Shown: in pieces, positions 60,683 to 64,000 of the stretch
Numbering within the stretch: position 1 is the first letter of the stretch
Layout of the letters: every line of letters starts with the position of its first letter
Program-made: the position numbers and the translations under genes
Assembly: GCA_965116925.1 (NCBI GenBank)
Contig: OZ220744.1
Location: 1,760,001-1,824,000, forward strand
Direction: 5' to 3'
DNA: 64,000 nt
Origin: Candidatus Poribacteria bacterium
GTDB lineage: Bacteria; Poribacteria; WGA-4E; PCPOR2b
Notes under the pieces: model-generated
Databases searched by the model: none
What the model saw: the letters and a program-made list of their open reading frames with translations, nothing else
Told to the model about the DNA's origin: nothing

Positions 60683-62419
60683 CTACTGTTCATACAGGTC
60701 AACCGCTGTTTCACCTCGTGCGAATCGCTGGGCAGTTCTTGCAGCGGAATCGCTATTGGTATTTTTGCGCACATCGGTTGTCCAACGTGCCAATCCAACG
60801 AGTAACTGATTTCGAGCAGGATGTCCTTCGCACAGTTTCCACTCATCAAAGGTGGTCCGCAGTGTGTTGAGAATATCCCAACCGTTGTCGTCTTTGAGGA
60901 TGCTTTGTCCCAGTTCGGACAATAGCCGGTCGTCGGAAAAACTACTGTTGAGGTATTGTCGCGTCATACGCCCGACCTCTTGAATCTGAATCGTTTCGAT
61001 AGCGTTGATAACGTCTGCAATTGCCTCATCTTCGTTTGATGCATCCGACGGGGTTGTACTTCTCTGCGTACTGAGCGGCATCTGCCTGATGTTGAGCCAG
61101 CGGTTACTGAAGAATTCCCACGCTACGTGGTAAAGCGCTTTAGCGGCAATCTCAAAACCAGCGAACCGCAACGTTGTACGGATGGACGAAGCGAGGGAAA
61201 TCTCCCGTCCCAACTCCCACCAACCCGGACTCATACTTGCTGGCGTGCGTGCCATCCGATCTGCGCCTATAAGCACCATCGTCGAAGCGATGCGGTTTAT
61301 CTCGACACCGTTTTTCAGGGCGTCGGTAATTGTATCAAATGTGTCGTCAAGGTCTCCGCTGACAAGCCCTGCGGCAAATACGTCCTCGTCAAAATCAGTT
61401 GTTTGAGTGGGCGGATTGGCGGCTAAATCCGCGATAAAATCCTCTAACGACTCCAGCTTGCTGATTGCCTCCCGCCGAATTTCGTCCGGCGCACCACGCC
61501 CCCGGCCGAGTATTTTCGCTGTGAGATTGCAAACCAACTCCTCGGCAACCTCCCAACCGAACTGTTCGAGCAATTCGGCGAGATAGCCGATGTAGAGCAA
61601 GCTATCGTTATGTCCCAAGAAGAACGGCTCAACCACACATTCATACGCTAACGGGATGATTTTATCGTCGTGTCCACCAAGACGGCGTGCAGTGATGAGG
61701 CATTTTTCGATGCCTTCCCATTCCCGATCAGCAGAGAATACGCGAATCCATCGTTCTAATTTTTCCCACGTAATCTCTCCGGGCAAGAGGGTGACAGCCG
61801 GACGGTCACCTGCCCGTCCCGACGCGCCCGATGCCGCCATCATCAGTGGGATGAGCCGGTCTTCCGGTTCATACTGGTTGGCAACTTTAACACCGTTAAC
61901 TAGATACGCAAGTTGCCATCCCCCGTTTCCAGCATCAAGTTCGGTTACAAAGTGTCGTCCTCCATGTCGCACCAATCGGTTTAGGACATCGGCTTCGGAA
62001 ACTCCTCTCGCGAGCATAATTGCAACCGCCTTTGAGAGGGTCCAATTATCGCCACTCAACAACCCTTCTTGGAGGAGGAGAAAGTGGGCATCGTCCCGCT
62101 TGTTTCCACCCCCGGCAATATCAATGTATATTTCGTCCTCGCGTACTTCGACAGGGAAGGTTGATAGGTCGTCGCAACCGCCGGTAAAGCAGCCACCGCC
62201 TCCCATATCGTAACTCCAACCGTGCCAATCACAGGTCAATACGCCGCCACGGACGCGCCCTCGTGTCAGCGGGTAGCCCATGTGTGGACACTGATTATCG
62301 GTAGCGTAGATGTTCCCGTTGTGCTTAAATAGGGCAACGCTCTGTCCTTCGACTCTGACAGCCCTTGGCTTTCCTTCAGCTAGGTCATCCAGATTACCGA
62401 CTTTGACAAAGTTTGACAT
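60683..62419 (-). CDS. Rieske [2Fe-2S] domain fused to a large helical domain
   Basis: CPH...CDWH Rieske motif; about 470-aa helical C-terminal region. Confidence 0.88.
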   Translation of the reverse strand: MSNFVKVGNLDDLAEGKPRAVRVEGQSVALFKHNGNIYATDNQCPHMGYPLTRGRVRGGVLTCDWHGWSYDMGGGGCFTGGCDDLSTFPVEVREDEIYIDIAGGGNKRDDAHFLLLQEGLLSGDNWTLSKAVAIMLARGVSEADVLNRLVRHGGRHFVTELDAGNGGWQLAYLVNGVKVANQYEPEDRLIPLMMAASGASGRAGDRPAVTLLPGEITWEKLERWIRVFSADREWEGIEKCLITARRLGGHDDKIIPLAYECVVEPFFLGHNDSLLYIGYLAELLEQFGWEVAEELVCNLTAKILGRGRGAPDEIRREAISKLESLEDFIADLAANPPTQTTDFDEDVFAAGLVSGDLDDTFDTITDALKNGVEINRIASTMVLIGADRMARTPASMSPGWWELGREISLASSIRTTLRFAGFEIAAKALYHVAWEFFSNRWLNIRQMPLSTQRSTTPSDASNEDEAIADVINAIETIQIQEVGRMTRQYLNSSFSDDRLLSELGQSILKDDNGWDILNTLRTTFDEWKLCEGHPARNQLLVGLARWTTDVRKNTNSDSAARTAQRFARGETAVDLYEQ

Positions 62420-62488
62420 GATTAATCTCCATTGTTGTTCTGTGTAAAGTGTTTTTCAAGAAGTTTCATAGCCGTTTGAAAGATTGAT

Positions 62489-64000
62489 CTAATCCTCAAA
62501 TACCTCTACCGTCGTTCGGCCTTCCGCGAAGCGCATCGCCGTGGTTGTAGCAGATTCGCTATCCTTGTTGGTGCGGATGTCGGTGGCATAGCGGGCAAGT
62601 GCAACGAGTAGTTGATTACGAGCAGGGTGTCCAGCGCAGTTGTTCCACTCATCGAAAACGGTGCGAAGCGTGGGGAGGATTTCAGTGGCGGTATCGTTCC
62701 AGAGGATGGCTTTACCGAGCGCGTGTAGCAAGGTATCACCGGAATAGCCAGCATTCAGATATGCGAGCACCTGTCCGCCGATCGATTGGACATTGAGGGT
62801 CTCAATGGTATTGATAATTTGTCCGATGCCTTCCTCCTCGTTGACAGCATCGAACGCCCCTTTGACCGGCGGTGGGGTCAGTGCGCGTGACGGGATGTTA
62901 AGCCAACGGTCGTCGAAAATAAGCCATGCTGCATGGAAGATTCCCTTTACTGCAGCATCCTCACCGGCGATACGTTGTACCGTGCGGAGTGAGGCAGCGA
63001 GGTTGAGCTCTGTTGTCAAACACTCCCAACCGGCATCTACATTCACCGGTGTCCGTGCCATCCGGTCAGCGGCAAGGATCACTAGTGTTGAGATGAGTTG
63101 ATCAATTGAAACACCACCTTTCAGGACATCGGTGACAGCGTCGAATGACCTCTGAATATCCACACTCGTCAGTGCGCTGACTAAGGCATCTTCATCGTAA
63201 TCTGTCTCTGTGTGATCCCCGGCATCCAGTTCGCTGAGTTTCTCCCGCATGATACCGATGGCGTCTCGACGGAAGCGTTGCGGCTCACCTCGTCTACGCC
63301 CGACTAGCTTCGCCCCGAGATTAAAGACCAGCTCAAAGGCTTTCTCCCAGCCAAATTCATCGACTGCTTCGGAGAGGTAGCCAAGCGAGATGAGGTTATC
63401 CGGGAAGCCGAGAAAGTGTGGCTCAGCGGTACATTCAAGGAGGAGGGGCAGAATTTTATCCGCATCGCCAAGTGTGTAGGCAGTGAAAAGACACCGCTCA
63501 ATGCGCCCGGAGTGCCCGTCGCGTGAAAAACTACGGATCCACGGCTCGATATTCTCCCAAGCTACCGGCTCCGGCAACGGGACGACCTCAAGACGTTCCG
63601 CTGCGCCCCCGGAAGCGGCACAAGCCGCGGTTGTCATTGCAATCAGCCGGTCGGCATCTTTGTATCGTCGTCCAACCGAAAGACCGTTCATCAGTCGGGC
63701 GACATCCCAACCAGCCTCTGAGTCGTGTGAGCTAGCGATATGTCGCCCAAGATGCCGCAGGATCAACTCGACAATCTCTCCCTCTGGCACGCCTCCCTTG
63801 AGGAGTAGGGCAATCGCCTTTGACATTGTCCAACGGTCTCCACTCAGAAGTCCTTCCCACAGTAGACTGAGATGCTCTGCCTTTCGTCTGTAGGTTAAAT
63901 CGCCGAGTTGGACCCAGATCTCACCGTCTCGTACCTCCGCCGGAAAGGTTTGTAGGTCATCGCACTCGACGTTAAAGCATCCGCCGCCTTCAAGGTCAAA
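62489..64000 (-). CDS. Paralogous Rieske-helical protein, 5' end outside window
   Basis: Frame open to 64000: FDLEGGGCFNVECDDLQTFP...GLLSGDRWTMSKA aligns with 60683..62419. Confidence 0.88.
   Translation of the reverse strand, partial: FDLEGGGCFNVECDDLQTFPAEVRDGEIWVQLGDLTYRRKAEHLSLLWEGLLSGDRWTMSKAIALLLKGGVPEGEIVELILRHLGRHIASSHDSEAGWDVARLMNGLSVGRRYKDADRLIAMTTAACAASGGAAERLEVVPLPEPVAWENIEPWIRSFSRDGHSGRIERCLFTAYTLGDADKILPLLLECTAEPHFLGFPDNLISLGYLSEAVDEFGWEKAFELVFNLGAKLVGRRRGEPQRFRRDAIGIMREKLSELDAGDHTETDYDEDALVSALTSVDIQRSFDAVTDVLKGGVSIDQLISTLVILAADRMARTPVNVDAGWECLTTELNLAASLRTVQRIAGEDAAVKGIFHAAWLIFDDRWLNIPSRALTPPPVKGAFDAVNEEEGIGQIINTIETLNVQSIGGQVLAYLNAGYSGDTLLHALGKAILWNDTATEILPTLRTVFDEWNNCAGHPARNQLLVALARYATDIRTNKDSESATTTAMRFAEGRTTVEVFED

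Noticed and set aside
63824..63826. ORF-track start of the last gene
   Set aside because: Frame stays open to 64000 and aligns with the paralog's Rieske region

Overview
64 kb of a moderate-GC bacterial chromosome. The gene mix (PhyH dioxygenase, Rpn, Uma2, FRG/TPR, Sel1, WD40, DUF1080, dense GTAG-type palindromes) suggests Candidatus Poribacteria or a relative; this is inference. Housekeeping genes include proA, dapL, pepP, glmM-yvcK-glmS, thiO/thiS/thiG, rpsA and metK-ahcY. Highlights: (1) a type II R-M pair sits inside the thiO-thiS-thiG operon, which runs on into a Sel1 / TIGR02391 / HNH-WD40 cassette that is a candidate undescribed defence module; (2) a SufR-like Fe-S regulator is divergent from a group-2 sigma factor and nfuA; (3) a radical SAM enzyme has a C-U-A-E-P selenocysteine tail that the ORF track cuts at UGA; (4) a 117-bp MITE has twice inserted exactly at the dyad axis of unrelated hairpins, each nested in a different outer MITE; (5) a left-edge defence patch holds Rpn with an internal start, and an R-M fusion truncated by an IS3-family element; (6) there are tandem Rieske-helical paralogs at the right edge. 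No rRNA, tRNA or CRISPR array was seen. All alignments and counts were done by eye, and all family assignments come from motif recognition, not searches.
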